Of a DNA stretch of 64,000 bases, positions 29,965-41,162 are shown piece after piece (position 1 is the stretch's first letter; each line of letters begins with the position of its first letter). The stretch lies in the IMG/VR virus record IMGVR_UViG_3300044731_000789, positions 12,203 through 76,202 of that record; one strand, given 5' to 3'. Below the pieces are notes generated by a model. The model did no database searches, had not been told where the DNA came from, and worked only from the letters and a program-made list of their open reading frames with translations. Origin of the DNA: a virus. The translations under genes were made by a program, and so were the position numbers.

Positions 29965-30305
29965 TGGTTTTAACGGAAGAAAATTTTAAATTAGCTTGTG
30001 CCAAATATTATGATTCAATTGACATATATTCTTTTAACGAGGATATTGCAAGAATACATATGGTAAGAAAATTGATTAGAAAATTTATATCAACTGGTGA
30101 TATAAATGAAAAATTAATTTTAAATCACATCATAATATTATATAATGGGTTTGGAGAGTTTACTCTCAATATATTATATTTTATATTTACAAAAGAGGAA
30201 TACAAATATATAAATTCCTTTTTAATATTTTTAAATAGATTACCAGATGACAGATTTGTATATGGTATTGATATAACACTTTCAAAAAAATTGGAACAGA
30301 TATGA
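29964..30305 (+). CDS. Conserved T4-like phage protein
   Basis: LTEENF....AK.YD...F.ED..R...LILNHIIILYN.FG. Confidence 0.65.
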   Translation: MVLTEENFKLACAKYYDSIDIYSFNEDIARIHMVRKLIRKFISTGDINEKLILNHIIILYNGFGEFTLNILYFIFTKEEYKYINSFLIFLNRLPDDRFVYGIDITLSKKLEQI

Positions 30306-30469
30306 AATCATTCAAACAAATTATGGAAGATATTGCCAATGTTACTGGGTCACCCAGTACAGATACTGGTGGAATATCCACCCCAGCTACAGCAAAACCT
30401 GATCAAAAGAAAAGGGTAATGTTATTAAAAAATGTTGTAAAAAGAAAAGAGGATTCGCCAAATGGCTAA
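30302..30469 (+). CDS. Small putative internal head protein
   Basis: MKSFKQIMED leader. Confidence 0.5.
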   Translation: MKSFKQIMEDIANVTGSPSTDTGGISTPATAKPDQKKRVMLLKNVVKRKEDSPNG

Positions 30470-30854
30470 CCAATTTGATCACCATGATGCACCCAATAAT
30501 GTAAAATTATACACGGAAATTGAGTTATTAAAACGGGACAATTTGCAGTTGAAAGAAATTCTTTCAAAATTGGATGTATCCGTGGAAAAAATTGCAGATG
30601 CCGCCACAAACATTTCCAAAATTTTGGCTCTTCATGAGCAAAGAGTAGGAATGCTGTCTGAAGATATTGCATATTTCAGCAAAAATCATACCGAAATATT
30701 GGCTGATATAAAATCTACAAAAGATACTATTGCAAAAGATAACAAAGAACGTGATGAAAGAATCACCAAATTGGAACAATATCGTTGGTATCTACTTGGG
30801 GCAGCAACTGCCATAGGATTTGTAATAAACAAATTGCCAGATTTGTTAAAATAG
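30462..30854 (+). CDS. Coiled-coil protein with a C-terminal membrane anchor
   Basis: KLD...EK......I..ILA.HEQR...RI.KLEQYRW followed by a hydrophobic tail. Confidence 0.6.
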   Translation: MANQFDHHDAPNNVKLYTEIELLKRDNLQLKEILSKLDVSVEKIADAATNISKILALHEQRVGMLSEDIAYFSKNHTEILADIKSTKDTIAKDNKERDERITKLEQYRWYLLGAATAIGFVINKLPDLLK

Positions 30855-31317
30855 TTGTTGACAAATTGGTTTTTTGTGATATTATGTGCCCATGAAAAAG
30901 AAAACACAAAAACCAACATCAAGAAATTTTGTTGCCAAACATTGTTCTACTTATTGTAAACCAAAAGTAGAACAATCTAAAAAGGTATACAAACGGTCAA
31001 AAAATCTGTCACAATATATGTAACAGATTTCTAATACATTATGGGAAATACTATGAACAAAACATATCAATGGTTATTAATTTTTGGATGTATATTAAAA
31101 TTCTATGATCAATAACATGAAATTTACAATTAATGATAAAGTAATTGCTACCAGAGATATCAGTAATTCTTTTGGTACACTATTGGCAACAAAAGGTGAC
31201 ATATTGGAAGTTGTTGGATTAGAATCCGGTGTATGTGATTATCCATATGTTGTGTGGAATGGTTCCAATAGTAAAGAATTTTGTGTAGAAGAATACGAAA
31301 TAAATTTGGATCAAGTA

Positions 31318-31718
31318 TGAAAGAAATGATTATTTTGAGAGGGTTACCATCATCTGGTAAAAGTTCTTTAGCCAAAATTTTGGCAGGAGCCTGCCCAAGT
31401 TCTGTAATATGTTCTGCAGATAATTATTTTGTTGACAGTTATGGAAATTATGTGTATAATCCTTCCCATATTAGATTCGCACATCAAGATTGCCAGAGGC
31501 TGGCCAGATTGGCGGCAATTCAGGCAAGTGGATTGATTATTATTGATAATACCAATACAACAGAACAAGAGTACCAATATTATATTGACTTAGGCAATCA
31601 ATATGGGTACAATATTAGATCAATTGTTGTAGAAACAACCCATAGCAACAAAAATGATCATAATGTACCAGAAAAAACTATAACCAAAATGAGAAATAGG
31701 TTTAAAGTAAATTTATGA
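31318..31718 (+). CDS. P-loop kinase (polynucleotide-kinase / AAA_33-like)
   Basis: RGLPSSGKS, SADNYF, IDNTN and H.VP motifs. Confidence 0.8.
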
Positions 31719-32775
31719 ATATTATACATTATGATTCAGATGAAGCAGCAAAATATGTTACCAATATTTCTGGTTGGGTTTCATCAAAAGGGCATTTTTA
31801 TGGAGCAAAAGAAGATTTGGCAAGATATGATGGGTGTACCCATCGAGCATGTGCCAAATGTGGTGCCCTAACTGAAAAATTGTATACAGTGTGTCCACTA
31901 TGCAGGACACAAAATGAAATAGAAAGATATACAAAATTGGAACCATTATATGCTTTCCAATGCATGGAAAAATTTGGTGTAAATGAATTAGTGTTATATT
32001 CTGACGCATTGGATGAATATTTTTTTGATATTTCATTTGAAGAAATATTGGAACAATATGATTATACATCTGTTGAAGAATTGCGACTGGTTTGGTGCGA
32101 ACCACAATATTTACCAATGATTGATCCATATGATTATTTTACAGATAAGTTACCAGAAGATGGGGAAGTCCCTTCCGAGATAATGGATGCATTTGATGAA
32201 TTAAACGAAATTATTAAAAATTATAACAAGAATAATATAACAAGTTGGTATCCAAGTAAATATAGAGTTATTGTATAAATATTACATTTCAAATAATTCT
32301 ACATATGAGCGAAGCAAAGTATAACAAAAGAACTTGGTTAAATGAGAATGATTCCCATTATACTGGATCAATTACATGTGCCCATTTTACCGATCTGGTA
32401 AATAGGGGCAAATATATGGAAGAATATATGTTTGTAGAATTTGCAGCATGTGAGTCAAAATCTAGGATACACAAGGATAATAATCATAGTACTCAAGATT
32501 TTATCAGTAAGTTGAAATTAATTCAATCAGAATTGCAAGGTTTCATTGACCATTTAGAAAAAATTTGATATGAGAATTGATAGCACATTAATAGATTGGA
32601 TTAATTGGAATCCCGAAACAACTGTTATATATATTGAGTTTCTCGATTCCACATCTTTTCCAATCTATTCTGATGATTATATGGAATGTGATAAAAAATA
32701 TATGAAACTACTTGAAGCATTTTATACCAAACGAAGAATCTTGGTAGACGATCAAACACATGCGATAACAATATT

Positions 32776-33234
32776 ATGATAAAATTTGTAAAGGGTGATT
32801 TAATACAATTAATCAAAGATGGATGTTTTGATGTTGCTGTACATGGTTGCAATTGTTTCAACACCATGAATTCTGGAATTGCGAAACAACTTCGAGAAAC
32901 TTGGCCACAAATTTATACTGCAGATTGTAAAACCATTAAAGGCGATGAAAGAAAATTGGGAAGTTGGTCAAAAGTATATTTGACAGAAGAAGATTGTTTT
33001 ATCCTTAATATGTATACTCAATATAGATATGGATACAATGGTCGATTATATGCAAATTATGATGCCATACGCTCAGGTATGAGAAAATTGGCATCAGAGA
33101 TTGGTGAATATAAAATTGGTATGCCAAAGATTGGCTCCGGTAAAGCCGGAGGAAATTGGGATATAATTTTATCAATTATTGAGGCAGAATTGGGACACTG
33201 TGATGCCACAATTGTAGAATGGGATAAATCATGA
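32776..33234 (+). CDS. Macrodomain protein (ADP-ribose processing)
   Basis: KGDL, HGCNC...M.SGIA, N.YTQ, PKIGSG.AGG.W. Confidence 0.88.
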   Translation: MIKFVKGDLIQLIKDGCFDVAVHGCNCFNTMNSGIAKQLRETWPQIYTADCKTIKGDERKLGSWSKVYLTEEDCFILNMYTQYRYGYNGRLYANYDAIRSGMRKLASEIGEYKIGMPKIGSGKAGGNWDIILSIIEAELGHCDATIVEWDKS

Positions 33235-33653
33235 ATAAACAAATTGTAGATTATATTACAAGCATATCAAAAACTATGGAAACCAGATATAATAGTACAA
33301 CTGGGATGAGTGAATATGGTCCATATTGGATTTTCTTTGGTGATGGTCAAGGGGACTTTGAAGTATTGGCTAATGACGCATCTGCCGACACATTGGTTCA
33401 ATATATAGAATATTGTAATAGACAAATAGAATTGGCAAAAGAGTATTTGACAAAGGAAGCGTACAAATGAGAAATTCTGATAGCAAATCATTGGTGCCTC
33501 TTTGGCGATATTGCACAACAATTGTCGCGGTATGGTCCCGCGAAGAATGTGTGCAGATTTTGAAACAGAATACTAATTACCATATTGTTGCAGAAGATAT
33601 AAAAAGATTAAAAAATTGTGCTGCAGATAGGGAACCAGGAATAATTTGAACAA

Positions 33654-34643
33654 ATGAGTTATGCAATTGATCATGAATACATCAATCGTATAAACTATAG
33701 GCTAGAAAATTTTAAATGGAAATCCCCAAATCTAGCGAATTTTCGATGTCCAATATGTGGAGATTCTTCGAAGAAGAAAAACAAGTCTAGGGGATATTTT
33801 TACATAAAAGGAAATCATTTTAGCTTTTTATGTCATAATTGTGGATACTCATCCACATTTCAAACATTTTTAAAAGATTTTGACCAAGATGTTTATACCC
33901 AATATATTATTGATAAACTAAAAGATGAACAAAATGTAACAAAAAAAACCACCATAAATAAAAAACCAAAACCAGAAACCATTTTTGGAAACAAGTATGG
34001 GTTAATACATGTTTCCGAATTGGAATACACGCATCCAGCCAGGATGTATCTAAGAAGTAGACAAATTCCATCAAATGATGCCTATTATGTGGACAATTTC
34101 TTTGCCTGGGGGGCAAAAAACTTTCCCCAAAAATTCAAAGAAACTATAAAAGATCATTGCAGAATAATTTTTCCTGCATATGATCAAAATAGAAACATAA
34201 TTGGATACAGTTGTAGATCGATCAATGGGGAAGAACCAAAATATTATACACTAAAACTGGTAGAAGATTTTGTATTTGGTTTAAATAGAATTGATAAATC
34301 CAAACCTGTATACATTGTTGAAGGTGGCATAGACAGTCTATTTCTACCAAATTGTGTAGCAGCATGTACTAGTAGTTTACATAGGGTAAAAGGATTAGAT
34401 GATTGTAAAAAAATATTGGTGCCAGATAATCAAAACAGAAACAAAGAAATTGTAAAACTGATTGGTAAATTTATTGATGAAGATTTTATGGTAGTTCTTT
34501 GGCCAGAACATGTAAAAGAAAAGGATATCAATGATATGATCCTAGCAGGATACAGTAGGGATAAAATATTGGAAATAATAAATAGCAATACCTTTCAAGG
34601 ATTGGAAGCAAAAATTCGTTTTAATAATTGGAGAAAAGTGTGA
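33654..34643 (+). CDS. gp61: DNA primase
   Basis: CPICGDS...CHNC zinc finger; VEG.IDSLF TOPRIM; KDINDM. Confidence 0.95.
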   Translation: MSYAIDHEYINRINYRLENFKWKSPNLANFRCPICGDSSKKKNKSRGYFYIKGNHFSFLCHNCGYSSTFQTFLKDFDQDVYTQYIIDKLKDEQNVTKKTTINKKPKPETIFGNKYGLIHVSELEYTHPARMYLRSRQIPSNDAYYVDNFFAWGAKNFPQKFKETIKDHCRIIFPAYDQNRNIIGYSCRSINGEEPKYYTLKLVEDFVFGLNRIDKSKPVYIVEGGIDSLFLPNCVAACTSSLHRVKGLDDCKKILVPDNQNRNKEIVKLIGKFIDEDFMVVLWPEHVKEKDINDMILAGYSRDKILEIINSNTFQGLEAKIRFNNWRKV

Positions 34644-35323
34644 CAGCAAGACTTATTTCGTATACGAAACCAGTAGCAACAGATTTACTGGAAAATGATA
34701 TTACAACTATTTTAGATTTGGTTGCATATGTTGCCAGAGTATCAAATCCAGGGAATCAATATAATTCAGAAACATCTGAAAAATTGATTCAATATTTGAT
34801 TAAACATAAACATTGGTCGCCATTGTCTATGGTAGATGCAACAATTGAAATTGAAACAACCAGAGATATTGGTAGACAAATTTTGCGACATTGGAGTTTT
34901 GATTTTCAAGAATTTTCACAACGATATGCATCTGTATCAGATTTGGGACAAATGTTTGAACTATCTGAATGTCGATTACAGGACACAAAAAATAGGCAAA
35001 ATAGTATTGTGCCAAGAAAATCTATTTCATATTGGTTCAAATCTACTTTTTGGAATATTTCCCAACATTTGTTGATTGCATTTGTTAAATTGATATACAT
35101 TTTGGCGCTAAAGGTTGGCATTGCCAAAGAGGTTGCGCGAAAGATTTTGCCAGAAGGGTTAACTATTACCAGAATGTATATGAAAGGTAGTATCAGAGAT
35201 TGGATTCATTATTTGGCATTGCGTACAGATAATGGCACACAAAAAGAGCATATACATATTGCCAGAGAAATTGCCAAAGTTTTGGAAGAAATCTTCCCAA
35301 TTGGGCAATATATTACAAAATAA
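34640..35323 (+). CDS. thyX: Flavin-dependent thymidylate synthase
   Basis: ARVS, HWSP, RQILRH.SF.FQEFSQRY, R.W.HY..LR....TQKEH. Confidence 0.95.
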   Translation: MTARLISYTKPVATDLLENDITTILDLVAYVARVSNPGNQYNSETSEKLIQYLIKHKHWSPLSMVDATIEIETTRDIGRQILRHWSFDFQEFSQRYASVSDLGQMFELSECRLQDTKNRQNSIVPRKSISYWFKSTFWNISQHLLIAFVKLIYILALKVGIAKEVARKILPEGLTITRMYMKGSIRDWIHYLALRTDNGTQKEHIHIAREIAKVLEEIFPIGQYITK

Positions 35324-35335
35324 TTGGAGAAATGA

Positions 35336-36340
35336 ATGGAAGAATTGCCAAGATTATTACAACCACAAGATACATATGTTGTGGAATATCCACAAGCAGT
35401 AGAGGCAGCATTAGAACAATTTCATATAATTTGGAGTCCAGATGAACCAGATGTGGAAAAGGATTTGCATCAAATAAAAACTGATTTTACTGAGGCAGAA
35501 TATCATGGAGTAGTTTCTACTCTAAAGTTGTTTACATTATATGAGAGAAAGGTTGGCGAAGATTATTGGGCAGGATTTGTATCTAAAATTTTCAAACGTC
35601 CTGATATTATAAGAATGGCACAAACTTATGCATTTATAGAAACAGCCATTCATGCACCATTTTATAACAGACTTAATGAAGTACTTGGTTTAGATAATGA
35701 AGAATTTTATTCAAGTTATTTGGATGATCCAATTTTGAAAAATAGAATGGATTGGATTGGAAGAAAAACTATTGTTCCTGACCCATCAAATGTTATAAAA
35801 ATATTAGAATCCTTGGCAGTATTTTCTATGATAGAAGGGGCAATTTTATATTCAAATTTTGCATTTCTAAAACATTTTCAAGCAGATGGAAAAAATAAGT
35901 TAACAAATGTTTGTGCTGGGATTGATTTTTCATTAAAGGACGAAAACATACATTCTCAGGCTGGGGCATGGCTATATAGAACATTGAAAGATGAATACTT
36001 GACTCTATACCCAGAAAAAATTAATTTAATACGCTCATTAGAAAATGATATAACAGAAACTGGTAAAGTTGTTGTAGAGCATGAAACCATAATTATCCAT
36101 AAAATATTTGAAAAGGGTAAAATTTCAGGTATAACTGATACAAAAATGATAAATTTTGTGCAATCTAGGGTAGATATGTGCTTAGATAATTTGGACATTT
36201 CTCCAATATTTAAACCTAGTTATAACCCAATTGCTAAAACATTTTATAACAATATCAATGGATCAAAGATGCACGATTTCTTTGCACGACAAGGGAACGA
36301 ATACAATAGAAAATGGGTTAAATCTAAATTTATTTGGTAA
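35336..36340 (+). CDS. nrdB: Class I ribonucleotide reductase beta subunit
   Basis: ETAIHAPFY, IEG...Y, DENIH di-iron ligands. Confidence 0.93.
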   Translation: MEELPRLLQPQDTYVVEYPQAVEAALEQFHIIWSPDEPDVEKDLHQIKTDFTEAEYHGVVSTLKLFTLYERKVGEDYWAGFVSKIFKRPDIIRMAQTYAFIETAIHAPFYNRLNEVLGLDNEEFYSSYLDDPILKNRMDWIGRKTIVPDPSNVIKILESLAVFSMIEGAILYSNFAFLKHFQADGKNKLTNVCAGIDFSLKDENIHSQAGAWLYRTLKDEYLTLYPEKINLIRSLENDITETGKVVVEHETIIIHKIFEKGKISGITDTKMINFVQSRVDMCLDNLDISPIFKPSYNPIAKTFYNNINGSKMHDFFARQGNEYNRKWVKSKFIW

Positions 36341-36345
36341 AATAT

Positions 36346-37464
36346 ATGTCAGACATTTACGAAGAATTAAGCAAAGAAAGAAAAAATTTACAAGAACAAG
36401 GGAAATTACCAGATTGGGTAACAACTATATCATGGCAAATGTTAAAGGAAAAATATCTGCGACCAGAATGGCCAGATTTATTGTCAACATATATCAGAAT
36501 TTCTACCCATGCTTCAACCTATACAGATAACCCATCATATTGGCAACCAAAATTTTTTGATGTTATGTGGAATGGTTGGCTGTCATTATCGACACCAGTA
36601 TTAGCAAATATGGGTACTGGAACTAATTGCCCAGTAAGTTGTTCTGGTGGAGTGATTGGTGATTCTGTATACGATTTTTATGATATGCAAGTTGAAACCG
36701 CACTTTTATCAAAAAATGGATTCGGTACATCTGCATATTTGGGCGATATTAGACCAAGGGGGGCACCTATAAATGGATTGAAAGGTGGTGCTAGTGGTGT
36801 ATTACCAGTATTCAAAGATTATATACAGTTATCAAAAGATATATCACAAGGCAATAGTCGAAAAGGAGCCTGGGCGGGATATATTGAAATCGACCATCCA
36901 GATTTTTATGAGCTAGTTCAATATATCAAAAAATTTCCAGATGATGCTAATATTGGTTGGATAATAACAAATAAATTTATAGATAGATTGGATAATGCTG
37001 ATTCCGATGCTATTGATAGATATCAGGAAGCATTGTTATTAAAAATGTTGACTGGTAAAGGATATTTCTTGTTTATTGATAGGGTTAATGACGTTAATCC
37101 AAAAATGTATAAAGATAAAGGATATTCCGTTAAAGCTTCAAATTTGTGTGTGTCTGGTGATACAGTGGTTGAAATTAGATATGACGATATTGAGCTAAAA
37201 GTCATGATAAAGGAAATTGGTAATATACTTAAAAATTATGATAATATAGAAGTTAAATCATTTAATGAAAATACACAACAAGTAGAGTGGAAACCAATTA
37301 CAGATTTCAATTTAACAAAGAAAAAAGCAAGGGTGTTGAAAATAATTGATGAAAAATCTGGGAGATATATTAAGTGTACACCATGTCATTTAATATACAC
37401 TACCAACAGAGGATATGTTAGAGCAGATCAGTTAAATGAACTCGATACGTTAAATATTATATAA
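36346..37464 (+). CDS. nrdA: Ribonucleotide reductase alpha, N-part, fused to the N-half of a split intein (37147-37461)
   Basis: STPVLAN.G, VSC, SQG..R.GA; ends ASNL|CVSGDT...TPCH...RGYV.A. Confidence 0.93.
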   Translation: MSDIYEELSKERKNLQEQGKLPDWVTTISWQMLKEKYLRPEWPDLLSTYIRISTHASTYTDNPSYWQPKFFDVMWNGWLSLSTPVLANMGTGTNCPVSCSGGVIGDSVYDFYDMQVETALLSKNGFGTSAYLGDIRPRGAPINGLKGGASGVLPVFKDYIQLSKDISQGNSRKGAWAGYIEIDHPDFYELVQYIKKFPDDANIGWIITNKFIDRLDNADSDAIDRYQEALLLKMLTGKGYFLFIDRVNDVNPKMYKDKGYSVKASNLCVSGDTVVEIRYDDIELKVMIKEIGNILKNYDNIEVKSFNENTQQVEWKPITDFNLTKKKARVLKIIDEKSGRYIKCTPCHLIYTTNRGYVRADQLNELDTLNII

Positions 37465-37534
37465 TTCTTTGTGGTGAAGTTATGTTAAATATAAATAGTA
37501 ATGTATTTAACATAACTGGAACCACTATGAATTA
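37462..37534 (+). promoter_or_regulatory. Late promoter (TATAAATA, 37490-37497) at the tip of a long hairpin that masks the HNH gene start
   Basis: AGTTATGTTAAATA/TATTTAACATAACT, GTGGT/ACCAC and TAATTC/GAATTA pairings. Confidence 0.75.
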
Positions 37535-38492
37535 CTGCAAAATATACACCAATTTTATGGAATATGTAACAAACACTTCTCCATTTGAGAGAATGGTTGG
37601 ACGGAATAAAAATGATTTTAGAAAAGATTATGACAAATTATACACAGAAAGCCATCACATATTACCAAAATCCCTTGGTGGTACAGATGATCCAACAAAT
37701 TTAGTGGTGTTGTTGCCAGAGGAACATCTATTCATCCATGCATTGAGATATAAAGCATTTAATACCCCTCAAGATTTTATTGCAGTTAGATTAATAATCA
37801 ATGGTATGAATACAAATTCTAGGTTTGGAGTGGTGCCTGACAATGTTAATAAGAAAATATTGTCAACATATGCCTGGATGAAACAAAATTCTGCCACTTT
37901 CAGATATGAACATGGATGGCAGACTGAGGATGGTCGAAGAAGAATATCTGAGGCCAGAAAGAATACAATGCCTGTTAAATGTGCAATAACTGGGGAGATG
38001 GTTGGAACTGTACCTACTAACCACCCAAAGGTTATTTCTGGAGATTGGGTTCACCATTCTAAAGGGAAACATACATATAAACATATTTTAACTGGCGAGA
38101 AAATATATTGCAACACCAATGATGATAGATTGAATAGTGGAGATTGGACATCTACGTGGATCGATGTGGCTGGGGAATTAAACCCACGATTTAGCGGTGT
38201 GTCAGATGATGACATATTGGAATTTTATAGGAAATTAATTAGAGTCATCATAACATTATATGATGCAAAGCATGTACCAGGAATAGCATACACAAGAAAA
38301 ATATGGAATGCCATATATGATAAAAAACTACCACATCTTTCTGGCGGTATTAGAAGCGGATTCAGGTTCAATGGAGACATATATGAAAACCTGTACAAAA
38401 AAATGGAATCCGAATTCAATGTCGCATATAGTATGTATAATAAAGAGACTAAAAAATTTAATATAACAGAGGTAATCAATGCTATTAATTGA
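37527..38492 (+). mobile_element. HNH homing endonuclease (MobE-like) lying between the two nrdA parts
   Basis: YTESHHILPKSLGGTDD..NLV.L...EH...H.L. Confidence 0.88.
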
Positions 38493-39474
38493 AGAATTAA
38501 ACGAATTAGAAGATGTTTATGACATCACCGTAGAGGATAACCATAACTTTTATGCCAACGGAATCCTTGTGCATAATTGTAACGAAATAATGCTCTCTTC
38601 CAAAGAAGACGAGACATTCACATGTATACTTTCATCAATGAATCTATCAAAATTTGATGAATGGAAACATACCGATGCAGTATTTGTTTCAACCGTTTTC
38701 CTAGATTGCGTAAATAGCGATTTTATACAAATTGCTAAAAATATCAAAGGGTTAGAAAGAGCTGTTAGGTTTGCTGAAAGACATAGGGCATTAGGTCTTG
38801 GTGTATTAGGGTTTGCAACCTATTTACAAGATCATATGATGTCATTTTCAGGTTTGGATGCTCATTATACTAATATAGAAATGTTCACACATCTTAATGA
38901 CGAATCTTTGAGAGCATCTAAATGGATGGCAAAAAATTGGGGGGAACCTGATATGTGTAAAGGATATGGGGTTAGAAATACTCATAGAATGTCATGTCCA
39001 CCAACAATGTCCACAAGTATTATAGTAGGTAGTATTTCACAGGGAATTGAGCCATTTTTTGAGAATGTATATACTCAAGGTAGTGCCGCTGGAGATATGC
39101 ATAGAATAAATCCATCGCTTTTACCCATAATGAAGAAAAGAAATGTATACAATAAAAAAACTGTTACTGACATTATTAATAATAATGGTTCAGTTCAACA
39201 CGTTACTTGGTTAGATGATAATGAGAAAGAAGTGTTTAGAACTGCGTTTGAAATTCCACAGGAGGCTATACTACGTTTAGCATCAACCAGACAACCAAAG
39301 ATAGATCAAGGCCAAAGCGTTAACTTATATTTTGGCGCAGATGAAGACGAGGAATATATATCACAAATCCACAAAATTGCTTTTAAAGATAAAAATATCA
39401 AAGGGTTATACTATATAAGGTCAAAATCTGGAGTAAAGGCATCAAAAGAATCTTGTGAAAATTGTCAAGGATAA
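38479..39474 (+). CDS. nrdA: C-half of the split intein (33 aa) fused to the ribonucleotide reductase alpha C-part
   Basis: VYDITVEDNHNFYANGILVHN|CNEI; LGLG, PT.S.S, GIEP, IDQGQS.N, LYY and C-terminal CENCQG. Confidence 0.93.
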   Translation: MLLIEELNELEDVYDITVEDNHNFYANGILVHNCNEIMLSSKEDETFTCILSSMNLSKFDEWKHTDAVFVSTVFLDCVNSDFIQIAKNIKGLERAVRFAERHRALGLGVLGFATYLQDHMMSFSGLDAHYTNIEMFTHLNDESLRASKWMAKNWGEPDMCKGYGVRNTHRMSCPPTMSTSIIVGSISQGIEPFFENVYTQGSAAGDMHRINPSLLPIMKKRNVYNKKTVTDIINNNGSVQHVTWLDDNEKEVFRTAFEIPQEAILRLASTRQPKIDQGQSVNLYFGADEDEEYISQIHKIAFKDKNIKGLYYIRSKSGVKASKESCENCQG

Positions 39475-39556
39475 TGCTTGACAATCCTGCGCCAATCCTG
39501 TAATATATTACACATGGGTGGCGCAGTAATTTATAAACAAAAGTGGAGAATATTTT

Positions 39557-39913
39557 ATGAATGATGTAGTATTATTTCTATATTTTGCAGATGTTATGCC
39601 TAGTATTGGCAGAATTTTTGCTCTTTTTGCTTGGGGCACTGCAATAACATATGTTATTGAATGGGTTGCATTTGTTGTATCAGAGGGAGAATGCTGTAAA
39701 CAAAAACACCATTGTTTGGTATATTTTACATTAGCATTATCTTTGATATCTGCATTTGTTCCAGATAAACACACAATTTATTTAATTGGTGCAGCAAAAG
39801 CTTCTGCCGAATTCGGCCAAGCAGTTGGGAATAGTGATATAGCACAAAAAACTATGAAAGTATTAAACCAAGAATTGGATAAAATGCTTACTCCACCAGA
39901 GGGTAAAAAATAA
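39557..39913 (+). CDS. Membrane protein
   Basis: Two hydrophobic helices; sigma70 promoter at 39478. Confidence 0.55.
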   Translation: MNDVVLFLYFADVMPSIGRIFALFAWGTAITYVIEWVAFVVSEGECCKQKHHCLVYFTLALSLISAFVPDKHTIYLIGAAKASAEFGQAVGNSDIAQKTMKVLNQELDKMLTPPEGKK

Positions 39914-40557
39914 TGACAACCTGTACAATATCTGCCGATAATTTAAAACAACTTGTTACCCTATATATCAATCAGATTGAAGATCATAGGGAAAAATCAT
40001 GTGAAAATATTTTGGATCAATATATAGGAAAAACGTTTACAGTTGGACACCTTTGGTGGAAAAAATATATAAAGATTGAAACCTATCATGACGCAGTTGA
40101 ATACATAGAAAAATATGATCCAGACCAATATTCAGAATATATATGGGCACAAAATTCATGTTATAATTTGTTTGATTTATTAAAATCATTAGATTCTGCC
40201 CTAAATACAAAAATTGATTTAATATCGGTTGATTTATCAATTGATGATATGGATAGAATATCAAGATGGGAAAAATTTTATTTAGAAACATATTGTGAAA
40301 ACAATGGATGAACAATTAATACAACTAATTGAAAAAGAAGAATCATTTTTGTGGGAAAACTATAGAAACTTTGAAAAAAGTTTTTGTAATGTAATGTGCC
40401 CAGAATTAATTAGCACATCATTTTCAACTAATTATGTAAAATTTGATTATTGTGATATGGATTCTGGACAACATTTTTCAGATTCTATTACAATATTAGA
40501 ATATAATGCATGGAAAGAAATGGTAAAAATAAACGAACAAATTTATGGTGACCAACA

Positions 40558-40776
40558 ATGATTAGAAGTTATGACTACAAATGTGCCGATTGCGGCACCA
40601 TTGATGATTACATCATTCGGGGAAATACCTTAGAAGAAATTCTAAATATGTCCCCCAAATGTACAAATTGTGGGTCAGAAAATACCACAAGATTGATATC
40701 TGCTCCAGGTGGATTGGTTACTAATGGTGCAGATAAACCAAAAACATTTACACAAAAAACAATGAAACATGTATGA
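40558..40776 (+). CDS. FmdB-like zinc-ribbon protein
   Basis: YDYKCADCG...CTNCGS....RLIS. Confidence 0.75.
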   Translation: MIRSYDYKCADCGTIDDYIIRGNTLEEILNMSPKCTNCGSENTTRLISAPGGLVTNGADKPKTFTQKTMKHV

Positions 40777-41162
40777 GTAAAAAAATCAAACAGGTTTTAA
40801 TTTGGAATAATGGTGTTCGTAACCATCTTGGGCAAAAGGTTCGCACAGGAAAGATTTGTGCGCAACTTGCCCATGCATCTATCAATTCATATATGGGGGC
40901 AATATCTTGGTCAAATCATTCCAGGCAAATTGCTGCAGATTGGATGGACAATGACTATACAAAAGTTGTATTAAAAGTTGAAACCACAAAAAATTTGATG
41001 GACATTTACAACAAATGTATTGCATGGAAAATTCCATGCCATTTGGTAACAGATATTGGTGATACAGAATTTAATGGTATTCCAACTGTAACAGCATTGG
41101 GCATTGGTCCATATTTTTCAGAAGAGATTGATAGATTTACTAGGGGATTGAGTTTGTTATGA
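40773..41162 (+). CDS. Peptidyl-tRNA hydrolase, Pth2 type
   Basis: KQV...GK.CAQ.AHAS...K.VL...D.G.TEF....T.TALGIGP...ID..T..L.LL. Confidence 0.9.
   Translation: MSKKIKQVLIWNNGVRNHLGQKVRTGKICAQLAHASINSYMGAISWSNHSRQIAADWMDNDYTKVVLKVETTKNLMDIYNKCIAWKIPCHLVTDIGDTEFNGIPTVTALGIGPYFSEEIDRFTRGLSLL

Noticed and set aside
37465-38478. Group I intron in nrdA
   Set aside because: There is no room for a ribozyme core (about 60 nt on one side, overlap on the other), and intein halves explain the split
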